IMG/VR virus record: IMGVR_UViG_2974786931_000001
Location: 32,001-96,000 of that record
Length of the DNA stretch: 64,000 bases
Direction: 5' to 3' (one strand)
Origin: a virus
Lineage: Duplodnaviria; Caudoviricetes
Shown here: one piece after another, positions 27,969-37,177 of the stretch
Layout: each line of letters opens with the position of its first letter
Numbering within the stretch: position 1 is the stretch's first letter
Translations under genes and position numbers: made by a program
The notes under the pieces: generated by a model
Told to the model about the DNA's origin: nothing
The model's database searches: none
The model's input: only the letters and a program-made list of their open reading frames with translations

Positions 27969-28396
27969 TATTCAATCTCAATAAGTGGACAATATTTAGA
28001 TTTCTTAGCTTTAATGAATTCACCAACTAATGTAGGCTCACGATCTTTAGTTTTAGTTTTAACAAAATCTTTTGATGCTTCATAACCTTTAAAAACTAAG
28101 AATGAACCGCCTAAACAAATGCTAAGAATAATAACTATTGCAATAAGACCTGAAATAATAGATAGCGGAACAAAAACAACCGAAGATAAAGAGATCGAAA
28201 GAGCCGTCAGAATTGCTTTAAGTATAGGGAAACCCATTATGGCCCCAGCGCCTAATGCTACTGAAATTTTAAACAATACAAATGCACAATATCCTACAGT
28301 TTTCCAGAAATATCCACACAATGTTTTTGGGATATAATATTTGTTAGAATAAAACATGTGCAAACGGTAATGCCAAGATTTTTTAGAAATTTTCAT
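27968..28396 (-). CDS. Hypothetical membrane protein
   Basis: MKISKKSWHYRL..LCGYFW, two TM segments, K.K.CPLIE. Confidence 0.75.
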   Translation of the reverse strand: MKISKKSWHYRLHMFYSNKYYIPKTLCGYFWKTVGYCAFVLFKISVALGAGAIMGFPILKAILTALSISLSSVVFVPLSIISGLIAIVIILSICLGGSFLVFKGYEASKDFVKTKTKDREPTLVGEFIKAKKSKYCPLIEIE

Positions 28397-28620
28397 TATT
28401 GACCCTTATCCATAGTTGGGATTACAGCAGAAAGATAGCTAAGTAATGCAGATGCTTCGGCTTTAGTAAAAGCTACATAGTCGTCATCTTGACGTAAATG
28501 AATCAAGTCTCGTACAGTATCTGGACTTGTTATTTCTACAGATAAAATTGTTGGAGAACAACTACTGATATCTGAAACAATAGTAGCATTTCGATGTTTG
28601 GCCCAGGTTAGTAAACTCAT
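28396..28620 (-). CDS. Hypothetical early protein
   Basis: Follows an early promoter; GAGG RBS. Confidence 0.7.
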   Translation of the reverse strand: MSLLTWAKHRNATIVSDISSCSPTILSVEITSPDTVRDLIHLRQDDDYVAFTKAEASALLSYLSAVIPTMDKGQ

Positions 28621-28650
28621 TTTTATTTCCTCATTGATGTTAGTAAAAAT

Positions 28651-28680
28651 ATTATATCATACAATTTTATTGATGTACAC
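28651..28680 (-). promoter_or_regulatory. Early promoter
   Basis: GTGTAC-N18-TATAAT. Confidence 0.75.
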
Positions 28681-28691
28681 TGCTTAAATGA

Positions 28692-28699
28692 TATAAATA
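28692..28699 (+). promoter_or_regulatory. Late promoter
   Basis: TATAAATA consensus. Confidence 0.85.
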
Positions 28700-28724
28700 G
28701 TAATATTCCACCACAGGAGGATGT

Positions 28725-29543
28725 ATGCTAATATCGGCTACGAACGTAACAGAACTGAACGAGAAAGTTCAAGAGAAATTAGATGCTGGATTGTATCTAT
28801 TTGGAGGTCCTACCATCCTTCCAAGTACGATATATGATTCTAGCGAAAGATTTTTCCAACAAGTTTCAGAAACAGTGGATTTGACACCTGGGCCTCCAGG
28901 TCCTGCTGGACAAAGTATTGTTGGTCCTCCCGGGCCTCAAGGAGTTGAAGGTCCAACTGGTCCTCAAGGAGCTACTGGTGGCGAAGGAGATCAAGGTCCA
29001 GTTGGTCCAGTAGGTCCTGGAGGTAAATCTGCTTATCAGTTATGGCTTGATGAAGGACACACTGGAACTATTGATGATTTTTTGAATAATATAGCTGGTA
29101 TCAGAAAGAAATCAGAATTATATTGGACAGGTTTAACTCTTGCTTTAGCAACCGGAGTATCAAATAATCTAATTAGTATTCTTAAAGCAATTCCGCCTAC
29201 AACAGGAACTTTACTTCCATTCTTTGATATCACCGATAATAAAATGAAAGTATTTAACCAAAGCGAATCTGTTAGTTTTAAACTAAACTTGATTGGTGTT
29301 TTTACAGGTGCTTCTCAAGCAAGAAGTATAACTGTTGATTTCGTAGGAACTAATGGGAATACTTTAGTTGAATCTAGACCTCAGAATGCTTCAGACATTT
29401 TATCGTTTACTACATTCTTTAGTGTAGATAAAGATGGTGCTATGGCTACTAATGGAACTGCCATAAACGTGACAGCAAATGCCGGAGTTTTTACAATAAA
29501 TTCTGTTTTACTTGTTGCTGAACAAATGGTTAGAAATATATAA
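28725..29543 (+). CDS. Collagen-repeat protein, putative virion decoration or fibre
   Basis: G-X-Y repeats, GKSAYQLWLDEGHTGT motif, beta-rich C-terminal domain; GGAGG RBS and late promoter. Confidence 0.8.
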   Translation: MLISATNVTELNEKVQEKLDAGLYLFGGPTILPSTIYDSSERFFQQVSETVDLTPGPPGPAGQSIVGPPGPQGVEGPTGPQGATGGEGDQGPVGPVGPGGKSAYQLWLDEGHTGTIDDFLNNIAGIRKKSELYWTGLTLALATGVSNNLISILKAIPPTTGTLLPFFDITDNKMKVFNQSESVSFKLNLIGVFTGASQARSITVDFVGTNGNTLVESRPQNASDILSFTTFFSVDKDGAMATNGTAINVTANAGVFTINSVLLVAEQMVRNI

Positions 29544-29545
29544 GC

Positions 29546-29574
29546 AAAAAGGGAGACTCATTGAGTCTCCCTTT
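29546..29574. terminator. Bidirectional terminator between convergent genes
   Basis: AAAAAGGGAGACTCA-T-TGAGTCTCCCTTT. Confidence 0.8.
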
Positions 29575-29594
29575 AATATTTTAAAACTGAACAT

Positions 29595-29882
29595 TTATTT
29601 GTTTTCGTCGTCTAATTTTACTTTACGCTGCATAGCGTATTCGTTAGCTGCATCTCTTCCATCTACCGAACAAGAGGCTTGACATCTGGCTTGTTGCCAT
29701 TTTGATTTAATAAATGAGTAAAACTGTTCTGATTGTTCCCTGGATGGTTCTTTAAATTTGGAATATATTGTCATCGCGCCTTCAAAATACTGATGCTTAT
29801 TATGTTCATCAGCCATTGATGCAGTTGGCGAGACAAAAAACGCTATCATCATAGCGCAAACAGCTAGTTTAGTTAAGCTCAT
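29595..29882 (-). CDS. rI: Antiholin / lysis inhibition regulator RI
   Basis: Signal-like N-terminus, YFEGAMTIYSKFKEPS...C.ASC..DG; synteny. Confidence 0.9.
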   Translation of the reverse strand: MSLTKLAVCAMMIAFFVSPTASMADEHNKHQYFEGAMTIYSKFKEPSREQSEQFYSFIKSKWQQARCQASCSVDGRDAANEYAMQRKVKLDDENK

Positions 29883-29890
29883 ACGAGCTC

Positions 29891-30103
29891 CTATTTAGGC
29901 CCTGTATTAATTTTATGCTGTAAAACAGCCTTAACCAAAATGAGGTATTTTTCTATTGTACGTTTACGTGTATAATCTGCTTTAGCGCCATGAATTTGAA
30001 TTTCGTGAGTAAGACGGCCTAATGAATGGCCTAATTCCAGTCGAATTTCATCTAATTGAGGGATAGAGAGATTACTAAGTTGCTTCTTCGTCAAATGTAT
30101 CAT
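29891..30103 (-). CDS. rI.1: rI.1 protein
   Basis: LSIPQLDEIRLELG...ADYTRKR. Confidence 0.85.
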   Translation of the reverse strand: MIHLTKKQLSNLSIPQLDEIRLELGHSLGRLTHEIQIHGAKADYTRKRTIEKYLILVKAVLQHKINTGPK

Positions 30104-30129
30104 ATTTACCTCTAAGGGTTAGATAATAG

Positions 30130-30137
30130 TATTTATA
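30130..30137 (-). promoter_or_regulatory. Late promoter for rI.1-rI
   Basis: TATAAATA, followed by a stem covering the GAGG SD. Confidence 0.8.
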
Positions 30138-30164
30138 ACATTAAAATTGTACAAAATAGACCCA

Positions 30165-30746
30165 TTAATATAATTCTAGCATTTCGCACCAATGCTTTCT
30201 GCACAAAGATACATATTTGTCTTCACCACCTAACTCTACTTGAGCGCCATCTTTAACGGCATTTCCATTACTATCAATACGAGCTACCATTGTAGCTTTC
30301 TTACCACAATGACATACACCTTTTAGTTCAACTAATTTATCAGCACATTGTAATAATGCTTTAGAACCAGGGAATAATTCTCCTCTGAAATCTGTTCTTA
30401 AACCATATGCCATAACAGGAACATTATAGATATCTACAATTTTACACAAGTCTTGTACCTGAGCTGGTTCTAAAAATTGTGCTTCATCGATTAATACACA
30501 ATGGATATCTCGTTGTGTCTGAGCCCATTTGAAAAATTCTACAATATTCATTCCTGGGTGAATAACGTTTGCTTCAAGTTTGATACCAATTCTAGATACG
30601 ATTTCAGATGAAGAATCGCGTGTATCTACGGCTGGTTTCATTACCAATGTACCCATGCCACGTTCTTTGTAATTGTGAGCAACCGATAGTAAAGATGTTG
30701 ACTTACCTGAATTCATTGCTGCGTAATTGTAATAAAGCTGTGCCAT
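30165..30746 (-). CDS. tk: Thymidine kinase
   Basis: AMNSGKST, DEAQF, YGLRTDF and zinc-binding cysteines. Confidence 0.98.
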   Translation of the reverse strand: MAQLYYNYAAMNSGKSTSLLSVAHNYKERGMGTLVMKPAVDTRDSSSEIVSRIGIKLEANVIHPGMNIVEFFKWAQTQRDIHCVLIDEAQFLEPAQVQDLCKIVDIYNVPVMAYGLRTDFRGELFPGSKALLQCADKLVELKGVCHCGKKATMVARIDSNGNAVKDGAQVELGGEDKYVSLCRKHWCEMLELY

Positions 30747-30755
30747 TTTAAATCC

Positions 30756-30965
30756 TTATACCCATTTAACAAGTAAACAATATTCTTCTACATAAATCTT
30801 TCGTTTCTTTTTATCAATATAAGTATACTCTACAAATGTGCCAGCATATTCTTTCTCTTCAACATCTGATTTAATAGGACATTTAGTGAATCGGGTTTCA
30901 GACCATATCCGATGAATAATAGCTTTCCATTTAGGATCAAAAGGATGCGGATAATGAACTTTCAT
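30756..30965 (-). CDS. T4 tk-region conserved hypothetical protein
   Basis: PFDPK...TKCPI...GTFVEYT.IDKK. Confidence 0.7.
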   Translation of the reverse strand: MKVHYPHPFDPKWKAIIHRIWSETRFTKCPIKSDVEEKEYAGTFVEYTYIDKKKRKIYVEEYCLLVKWV

Positions 30966-31420
30966 TATTGAGCCTTATAATTAACTACAATTATATCAAG
31001 ATTAGGAGTAACAGCATCAATAAGTTTAGAGATAATATTCCAATCGCCTTTAGCTATACCTGCTCCGATCTTAGGAATATATATTTCTGGGATAGTATAA
31101 GTTGTAGCATACATTCCATTCAATTTAGAGAAAGCATTTACGATAGCGCCGTAATCTACATTAGGTCCAGGTTCATATTGAGTATAAAGATTAAAACAAT
31201 ATCCTGCATCTGCCTGATAATATGAACTATAATTGCCTAATTTATCACGTTCGCCTTTGGCCCAATGTAATTTATCAACTTTTAAAATACTTGGAAATGC
31301 TTTAGCTAATTGGCCAGCAACGCCAGCGCCCATTTTGTGGAAGCAATTACATCCATGAGCAATTTTATTACCTTCACGGAACAATTGAACAATATCGCCA
31401 TCAATTTCTTTAATAATCAT
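30965..31420 (-). CDS. tk.4: Macrodomain ADP-ribosylhydrolase, Tk.4-like
   Basis: GDI, AHGCNC..MGAGVA and PKIGAGIA.GDW motifs. Confidence 0.92.
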   Translation of the reverse strand: MIIKEIDGDIVQLFREGNKIAHGCNCFHKMGAGVAGQLAKAFPSILKVDKLHWAKGERDKLGNYSSYYQADAGYCFNLYTQYEPGPNVDYGAIVNAFSKLNGMYATTYTIPEIYIPKIGAGIAKGDWNIISKLIDAVTPNLDIIVVNYKAQ

Positions 31421-31590
31421 TTATCTTCTATCCCGCTTATTATATCACAAATTTCGTCATAAGCCATAGCTATATCAGCATCGATTTCTCTCATAGCTAC
31501 GTGAGAAGAATCCCAACGGTTAGCTTCTCTTCCGCGATCTTCAAATAGCTTAGCATATTCTTCTATTTTAGAAATAAGATGTTCTCTCAT
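31417..31590 (-). CDS. Hypothetical 57-aa protein
   Basis: MREHLISKIEEYAKLFEDRG...; ATGA coupling at both ends. Confidence 0.55.
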   Translation of the reverse strand: MREHLISKIEEYAKLFEDRGREANRWDSSHVAMREIDADIAMAYDEICDIISGIEDK

Positions 31591-32024
31591 GAAATATCCT
31601 TAAATGTCAAACTTTCTTTATTATCAAAACGATATGCTGCATATGTGCCAGTCATTTTATTATAAATTCTGATGAATACTGGTTGTTCACAGTTTTTAAG
31701 GATTTGTGTAAATTTAGTTTGATTAGGCGGAGTCATGAATACAGAGCTTTCTAAGATAAGTCCTTCAGCTCGTTCTTGGCATGCAGACATTGTGAATTCA
31801 GCTTCTGTAATAAATGCTTGGTCTGCTTTATTTTTGTTGTAAAATGTTACTGCAAACTGTTTTAATTTAGGAGCATAAGCGAGTTCAACATGCTGTTTAA
31901 ATGCTCCTGATGTTTCAATTTGGTTTCCAGTAAGAGAATATAATTTTTCTGGGTAGCCTGAAACAGGAGACCAAGCTACCGCAGAAGTTGACACACATAA
32001 CAATATACTCACTAATAATTTCAT
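31587..32024 (-). CDS. Hypothetical exported protein
   Basis: Signal peptide MKLLVSILLCVSTSAVA. Confidence 0.7.
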   Translation of the reverse strand: MKLLVSILLCVSTSAVAWSPVSGYPEKLYSLTGNQIETSGAFKQHVELAYAPKLKQFAVTFYNKNKADQAFITEAEFTMSACQERAEGLILESSVFMTPPNQTKFTQILKNCEQPVFIRIYNKMTGTYAAYRFDNKESLTFKDIS

Positions 32025-32341
32025 TTTTGCAATCCACTAATAAATTGTTTCATTATATTTTCACGATATGAAACACACATAGTTAAGTTAGGTGCTTTAT
32101 CGCAGAATGTTTCTAATTGTTTTTCTTTACGCTTAATAGCATCAGTTCGCCATTTGTTAATAGCTGTTTGACCATCTCTATAAGCACTATCTAATTCTAA
32201 AGCTATAACGTCAACACACTCGTTATTACTCCCACAAAACAATTTTGCTGTTTTGATTGATTCTTTCCAAACTGCATCGTCTGCTTTAACATCCGAAGTG
32301 CAAACTAGGATCAAACTTAGCACAACTAGTGTCTTATACAT
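32021..32341 (-). CDS. vs: Vs (valyl-tRNA synthetase modifier)-like protein
   Basis: Cys pattern FC..N.ECVD...LD.AY.DG; lies downstream of vs.1. Confidence 0.75.
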   Translation of the reverse strand: MYKTLVVLSLILVCTSDVKADDAVWKESIKTAKLFCGSNNECVDVIALELDSAYRDGQTAINKWRTDAIKRKEKQLETFCDKAPNLTMCVSYRENIMKQFISGLQK

Positions 32342-32892
32342 TAATCTATCCTTTGTTGAAGCATTTTATTAGATTTCAAGTAATTTGATTTTGTTAGAAC
32401 TTCTGAAGCATATTTATTCCCAGCTTTGGTATTCCATCCTGCATTATAAGAGGCTAATGATTTGCGCATGTCTCCGTTATGTTGCTCTAACCAGTAAGAC
32501 AATTCTATATAAGCCCATGTCGCTGAATTAGAACGTTTTTGTACCATATTAATTATTTCTTTATCTGATAATTTCCATCCTATTTGTTTTACTCTGTTAC
32601 GCAATGTAGGTAAGTAATTTTGAAACATTCCATATGCATGGTGTTTGTCCTTACTTATACCTGTATTTATTCCAGCTGAACTTTCTTGCCAAAGCAATCC
32701 AGCCATTATATATCCAAGACCGTTATTATCATAACGAGTTTCATTATCTTTGAACTTCCCCGTCTTTTGGAATTGTTCTCCAAAAGCGTAAGCATATTGC
32801 AAATTGTCGAGTTGTTCATTACTGAAAGTGTGCTCTACGCTATAGGCAGACATACTAACTGTCAATAGTAAAGTGGCTATCGCTTTTTTCAT
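32341..32892 (-). CDS. vs.1: Vs.1, SLT-type lytic transglycosylase domain protein
   Basis: Signal peptide, WQESSAG, YGMFQ and ASYNAG motifs. Confidence 0.9.
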   Translation of the reverse strand: MKKAIATLLLTVSMSAYSVEHTFSNEQLDNLQYAYAFGEQFQKTGKFKDNETRYDNNGLGYIMAGLLWQESSAGINTGISKDKHHAYGMFQNYLPTLRNRVKQIGWKLSDKEIINMVQKRSNSATWAYIELSYWLEQHNGDMRKSLASYNAGWNTKAGNKYASEVLTKSNYLKSNKMLQQRID

Positions 32893-32902
32893 GATTTTTC
32901 TC

Positions 32903-33358
32903 TTATAGATTTATAACTTTAGTTCCGATTTTACCTTCTAAACGACGATTGTTAACAATGGCCATTCTGCAACGTAGTCCAGATTCATGTTTGAGTGGAT
33001 TGTCTACAGTAAGACCTAACCATAAATTGCCATCTGTCAATTCTAAACGGAAAGGACGATACTCTACACCAGGAAGAATTTTATATTCTACAGCTGGAAG
33101 TGGAGTCATTTCTAAATACTCAACTACATCTTTTACTTTTGTATGAAGACGATTAAACAGTTTGAACATATAAACTTCGTCAATTTCGCGTTGAATTGCT
33201 CGGTCTAAAAGATGCGGAGTAAAGCGGATATGAAACGGCTTGAGATTTTGTTCTTTACAAGCCGTTTTAATTGAAGCATTGATTTGAGCAAATTCCGTTT
33301 CGAAGACTCGGCGTAATTTGCTGCGGCGGATATGTGTTTCATATGTTAGTTCAGACAT
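32903..33358 (-). CDS. regB: Site-specific endoribonuclease RegB
   Basis: IRRSKLRRVFETEF..HLLDRAIQR..CRMA. Confidence 0.93.
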   Translation of the reverse strand: MSELTYETHIRRSKLRRVFETEFAQINASIKTACKEQNLKPFHIRFTPHLLDRAIQREIDEVYMFKLFNRLHTKVKDVVEYLEMTPLPAVEYKILPGVEYRPFRLELTDGNLWLGLTVDNPLKHESGLRCRMAIVNNRRLEGKIGTKVINL

Positions 33359-33386
33359 AATATTCTCCTTTTGTTTCAGTAAGAGT

Positions 33387-33416
33387 ATAATATCATGAAC
33401 TAACTTGTATGTAAAC
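33387..33416 (-). promoter_or_regulatory. Early promoter of regB
   Basis: GTTTAC-N18-TATTAT. Confidence 0.85.
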
Positions 33417-33685
33417 TAGTAAGTTTCAGTTGGACGGAAAATAGAACGACATGCCCACATACTAGATTCTTTTAAAGAACGAATAGCTACTTGAACTTGG
33501 AAAATTCGTTCACGGATATCACTTGCTTCTAAACTATCAGCATCTGCTAGTGTTAATTCAGCATCTAATCTAGTTAAAATAGAAGTATAAACTTGGCCTA
33601 AATTGTTTTCAACACTTTTAACAATGTTAACCAATTCAATCTTTTCATCTGTGTGAGGCTTATAGCCTTTAATATCTTCAATCAT
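33416..33685 (-). CDS. vs.4: Vs.4 / Acb2 cyclic-nucleotide sponge (anti-CBASS)
   Basis: MIEDIKGYKPHT.EKI..VN...LKESSMWACRSIF.P. Confidence 0.9.
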   Translation of the reverse strand: MIEDIKGYKPHTDEKIELVNIVKSVENNLGQVYTSILTRLDAELTLADADSLEASDIRERIFQVQVAIRSLKESSMWACRSIFRPTETY

Positions 33686-33881
33686 TCAAATGTTCCTCAA
33701 TAACTATTTGGTTATGCCAATCCGGGTATTTAAATCCAATAAATGATTCACTATGGCCATCAGCATAAGCTTCAGCAAAATCTTTCTCGCCGCAAGCAGA
33801 CATCCAGCCTAAAAAGCTGTCACGTATGGATTCCGGCAAAGTGATAATGATTTGTACGTTTTCAGTTGCTTGTGTTCCCAT
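33678..33881 (-). CDS. Hypothetical protein
   Basis: ORF with AGGA RBS. Confidence 0.6.
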   Translation of the reverse strand: MGTQATENVQIIITLPESIRDSFLGWMSACGEKDFAEAYADGHSESFIGFKYPDWHNQIVIEEHLND

Positions 33882-34108
33882 AATAGGATTTCTCGCGTAG
33901 GTTTAGTAAATCCAGGATAAGCCTTGATTTGTCTGTCAAAACAAATATTACTAAGGCACTGTACACCTAGACCGTGTTTAGTTAACAATGTAATATATCG
34001 ATATTCACCACTATTAACTATAGATTTATCTTGTAGTTCTTCAATCGTATGTTCACTTAAAAAGGCCACTTTCTTAAAAGGACCGTCAACCATAATATAT
34101 CGATTCAT
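33809..34108 (-). CDS. Vs.7-like hypothetical protein
   Basis: Coupled to the vs.8 stop; synteny. Confidence 0.6.
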   Translation of the reverse strand: MNRYIMVDGPFKKVAFLSEHTIEELQDKSIVNSGEYRYITLLTKHGLGVQCLSNICFDRQIKAYPGFTKPTREILLWEHKQLKTYKSLSLCRNPYVTAF

Positions 34109-34644
34109 TATTGCATTCCTAATACGATGAACAAAGGTAATTTCTTTCCTGATGAAACTGTATTAATATACAACTTATTTTCGAAAGCATTATAGAATTT
34201 AAAAATGTCTGGCATTTTATGGCATGGTTCGTCTATGACAATTAAAACCTTTTTCATAGAAACGCCACGATATTGATTATCATATGAGTCTGATAAAAAA
34301 GCTCGGATGCTTTGAGTGCTAATATTATTACGATAGCCATTAGGTAAATTTATCCTGCCTTCGCATTTCTTACGAATTCGGCAACCTGTATCAAATGCAT
34401 ATTTCTCGCTATCAGCTAGACAAATAACATGTCCATCATCTTGAATCCAGTCTGCAGCAAATAAAGCTACTGCTTCTGTTTTGCCAGACTGACGGCCACC
34501 ATCAATACGAAGTGTACGGTATTCAGCAAGAATATTAATACGTGAATATTGGCTAATAAAACCTGTTTCTTTACTTAAAACTGCTTCTGAACGGTCATTA
34601 AAAGCATTCATCAGGGTTAAGTATGGAGCTGTTAGATATTTCAT
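34108..34644 (-). CDS. vs.8: Vs.8-like P-loop NTPase-fold protein
   Basis: MKYLTAPYLTLMNAF...TLRIDGGRQSGKT...VIDEP...GMQ; AGGA RBS before ATG 34644. Confidence 0.85.
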   Translation of the reverse strand: MKYLTAPYLTLMNAFNDRSEAVLSKETGFISQYSRINILAEYRTLRIDGGRQSGKTEAVALFAADWIQDDGHVICLADSEKYAFDTGCRIRKKCEGRINLPNGYRNNISTQSIRAFLSDSYDNQYRGVSMKKVLIVIDEPCHKMPDIFKFYNAFENKLYINTVSSGKKLPLFIVLGMQ

Positions 34645-34654
34645 ATTATTCCTA

Positions 34655-34792
34655 AGTTGGGCCATTCCTTGGCACATAAGTAGTCCATTTCACCGAATGT
34701 AAGCCCCTTACCGCACTAGGGCTCGACCTTATTACAGGTGGGAAAAGATCCATTACTCAGAGGAACATTGTTCATGAGGAGAGGGCCGGCGT
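34655..34792 (-). ncRNA. Candidate structured 5' leader RNA of vs.8
   Basis: GC-enriched noncoding stretch with nested complementary stems, downstream of TATAAT at 34804-34799. Confidence 0.55.
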
Positions 34793-34839
34793 GTCTTTAT
34801 TATACTTGCTTGGGCTTAATATCTTTAAAGATAAATTCA

Positions 34840-35424
34840 TTAATTTTGTTTGCGCCAAATAGCCCGTGAAATTACTTCCCATGCATACTGTACATTAGCA
34901 TCAGTATAAATTTCTTTAGTATGGTTAAAGTCAACTTTATGGCCTGCGCGCTTCATAATATTTACGAATTCTTTACGCGTATCAGAACGATCTTGTTTAA
35001 ACCAATTGGTTTTATGTTTAGCAAATTCAGTACCAGCATAGTTAATAATTTCACCTAGCTTGCTATTCATAGCCCACTGTCCTTTCTTAGGAACAAAAGA
35101 AGGACCTTTATCGTATGCTTTGCTATAAACTTTCGTATAGCGACGCATTTCTTTATCGGCAGCTAAAAAATCAGCATCATGATTAGAAGCAAGAACATCC
35201 ATAATATTATCAAATTTAAAACCATTTACTTCAATTTTATAGTCATTACGATACTTTAAACCTTCCCATGCAAATGCTTTAAAGTCTGCAACTTTTGTAG
35301 CTAAATAACGGTCAATAGTGGCGGTTTTAGAATCAAATCCATTGCCACCATAAGTCCATTCATCTTTATTGATACCTTTAATACCACCAGCAGCTTCAAA
35401 GATAAATTCGTTATAAGTTTTCAT
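34840..35424 (-). CDS. Internal head protein with capsid-targeting sequence
   Basis: N-terminal MKTYNEFIFE. Confidence 0.75.
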   Translation of the reverse strand: MKTYNEFIFEAAGGIKGINKDEWTYGGNGFDSKTATIDRYLATKVADFKAFAWEGLKYRNDYKIEVNGFKFDNIMDVLASNHDADFLAADKEMRRYTKVYSKAYDKGPSFVPKKGQWAMNSKLGEIINYAGTEFAKHKTNWFKQDRSDTRKEFVNIMKRAGHKVDFNHTKEIYTDANVQYAWEVISRAIWRKQN

Positions 35425-35468
35425 TTTATAGCCTTTAGATTAGTTAATAGAAACATTCTATCATATTT

Positions 35469-35888
35469 CTATTTATTGTAAATTGCTTTACCAAAATATT
35501 TATACCATAAAGGCTTCAGAGCAATTTTTTCATCAAGACGTGCTTGTGATAAGTCTAAAGCATCTTGAGGTGCATCATAATTATTACGCCATTCATTTGG
35601 GATATCAGTGATATCCTGAACAGTTGTATCCTTAATTTTAAAACCACGGACCAAACATTCTGTAATGAGATCTATTTGTCGTAATCTTAAAAATTCTAAT
35701 TTGTCATAAAAGAATGTTACATGGCCTGTTCCTAAAATAAAGACTGGAGAAATTTTAAAGTCTTTAAGTTTTTTGCCATTTTGAACATGTTTACGTACTG
35801 CACCAAATACCCGTGGAAGTTCACGGTATTCAGCCATAAGATGTTGGTCGGCAAGTTCAGATACTAGTGTTAAATTTATACGTGTCAT
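35469..35888 (-). CDS. denV: Endonuclease V, pyrimidine-dimer DNA glycosylase
   Basis: [28 protein letters not shown]. Confidence 0.98.
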   Translation of the reverse strand: MTRINLTLVSELADQHLMAEYRELPRVFGAVRKHVQNGKKLKDFKISPVFILGTGHVTFFYDKLEFLRLRQIDLITECLVRGFKIKDTTVQDITDIPNEWRNNYDAPQDALDLSQARLDEKIALKPLWYKYFGKAIYNK

Positions 35889-35914
35889 AATGACCTCCCG
35901 TTTATAAGAAGGAC

Positions 35915-35944
35915 ATTATACCACAGCATAATCTTAATGTAAAC
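35915..35944 (-). promoter_or_regulatory. Early promoter
   Basis: GTTTAC-N18-TATAAT with upstream TGTGG. Confidence 0.85.
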
Positions 35945-36241
35945 TTATTTTAGTTCTTCATTAGCTTTAATAGAAGCTGCTTGAAGGTCATCCATTGACA
36001 TACCATATTTAGAAGCAAAAGCATCAATCTTCTTGTCAATAGCTAACAAAGGTTTAGCTTGTTTACCATCTTTAGCACCCGGAAGTTTACGAATACGTTC
36101 TTTTTCTTTATAAAGGTCTATAATTTTCTTACGCTCTTTGTCATCAAGGTCGTCAAAAGATTTAGCTTTTTTATTGACAGCTTTAATAATAGTATCAGCG
36201 TGGGCTTTAGCTTCTGTTATAAATTCGTTGTAACTTTTCAT
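35945..36241 (-). CDS. Internal head protein, IPII-like
   Basis: MKSYNEFITEA; lies between denV and e. Confidence 0.8.
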   Translation of the reverse strand: MKSYNEFITEAKAHADTIIKAVNKKAKSFDDLDDKERKKIIDLYKEKERIRKLPGAKDGKQAKPLLAIDKKIDAFASKYGMSMDDLQAASIKANEELK

Positions 36242-36249
36242 TTGTTTTC

Positions 36250-36738
36250 CTATTTGTAGGCATTCATCGTGCCAGTTTTAAATACATCAATTACTCGTTT
36301 AGCACGATTTGGCGTTTGTTTGAACCATCTAGATTGAGCAAGGTTCAAAGCAGCTTGGTCCCACTGTTTTGCTTTAAGTAGTTTAATAGAGTTATTAAAT
36401 CCAGCAACACCAGCAACACCCATCTGGAATACCATATTCACTAAAGCCATTTGCCTAATAGAGTCTAATGACAAATATAAGTCATTTAAAACCGTATTAG
36501 ATTTAATCCCAGCTTTAGCTTTTTCTACATCTTTACTAAACAAATATTCAGCATCTTCAGTAGTAATTCTACCTTGTGTGCTTCGTCCTAATTCTTTATC
36601 TAGAATAGAAATTCCAGTCATTAAATTATGGACCTTCGTAAGCAGATGGCCAACTCCAACAGTTGGATAACCTTCAGTATCAAAATACACTTCAAGTTTC
36701 AGGCCTTCGTCATAACGTAACATTTCAAATAAATTCAT
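36250..36738 (-). CDS. e: T4-type lysozyme (endolysin)
   Basis: [29 protein letters not shown] and [10 protein letters not shown] motifs. Confidence 0.98.
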   Translation of the reverse strand: MNLFEMLRYDEGLKLEVYFDTEGYPTVGVGHLLTKVHNLMTGISILDKELGRSTQGRITTEDAEYLFSKDVEKAKAGIKSNTVLNDLYLSLDSIRQMALVNMVFQMGVAGVAGFNNSIKLLKAKQWDQAALNLAQSRWFKQTPNRAKRVIDVFKTGTMNAYK

Positions 36739-36742
36739 ACAT

Positions 36743-36770
36743 CCTCCTAGGTTAGTAGGAGGTATTTATT
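36743..36770 (-). promoter_or_regulatory. Late promoter plus SD-occluding hairpin of e
   Basis: AATAAATA followed by CCTCCTA-CTAACC-TAGGAGG. Confidence 0.8.
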
Positions 36771-37176
36771 AGAAAAAAGAAGCTATCAAATTAGACATAC
36801 TAGGATTACAATATTTAGGAATATCTGAAACGCTTACCCATTCAAAACGGTCCATTTCGAATACTTTTCGTTCATCTTTATAGAACCAAGCTGTGCATAC
36901 ACATTCTGAAGCAATAGGCAATTCAGATCCATTATATATAAAGATATGTAAATCTTTTTTAGGAATGTAATATTTAACCCCAAAATCAATCAAATCATAT
37001 GAATGAACATCAAATCCTATTTCTTCTTTTGTTTCACGAATAGCCGCAGCAATGGCATCTTCGCCTGGGTCGATATGACCTTTAGGAATACCCCAGTATG
37101 GAGTTTCTGTAGCATGAGCTAAAAGAACTTTCTGTGTTTTCTTGTTATAGAAAATAATACCTGCTGAATGTTCCAT
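36769..37176 (-). CDS. nudE: Nudix hydrolase NudE
   Basis: PKGHIDPGEDAIAAAIRETKEEIG Nudix box. Confidence 0.93.
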   Translation of the reverse strand: MEHSAGIIFYNKKTQKVLLAHATETPYWGIPKGHIDPGEDAIAAAIRETKEEIGFDVHSYDLIDFGVKYYIPKKDLHIFIYNGSELPIASECVCTAWFYKDERKVFEMDRFEWVSVSDIPKYCNPSMSNLIASFF

Positions 37177-37177
37177 G

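Noticed and set aside
28886-29025. GGTCC-rich repeats as a CRISPR array or DNA repeat
   Set aside because: They are explained by Gly-Pro collagen codons, with no repeat-spacer periodicity.
14988-36770. SD-occluding hairpins at genes 49, rI.1 and e as a novelty
   Set aside because: This is an established T4 mechanism, so they are listed as features only.
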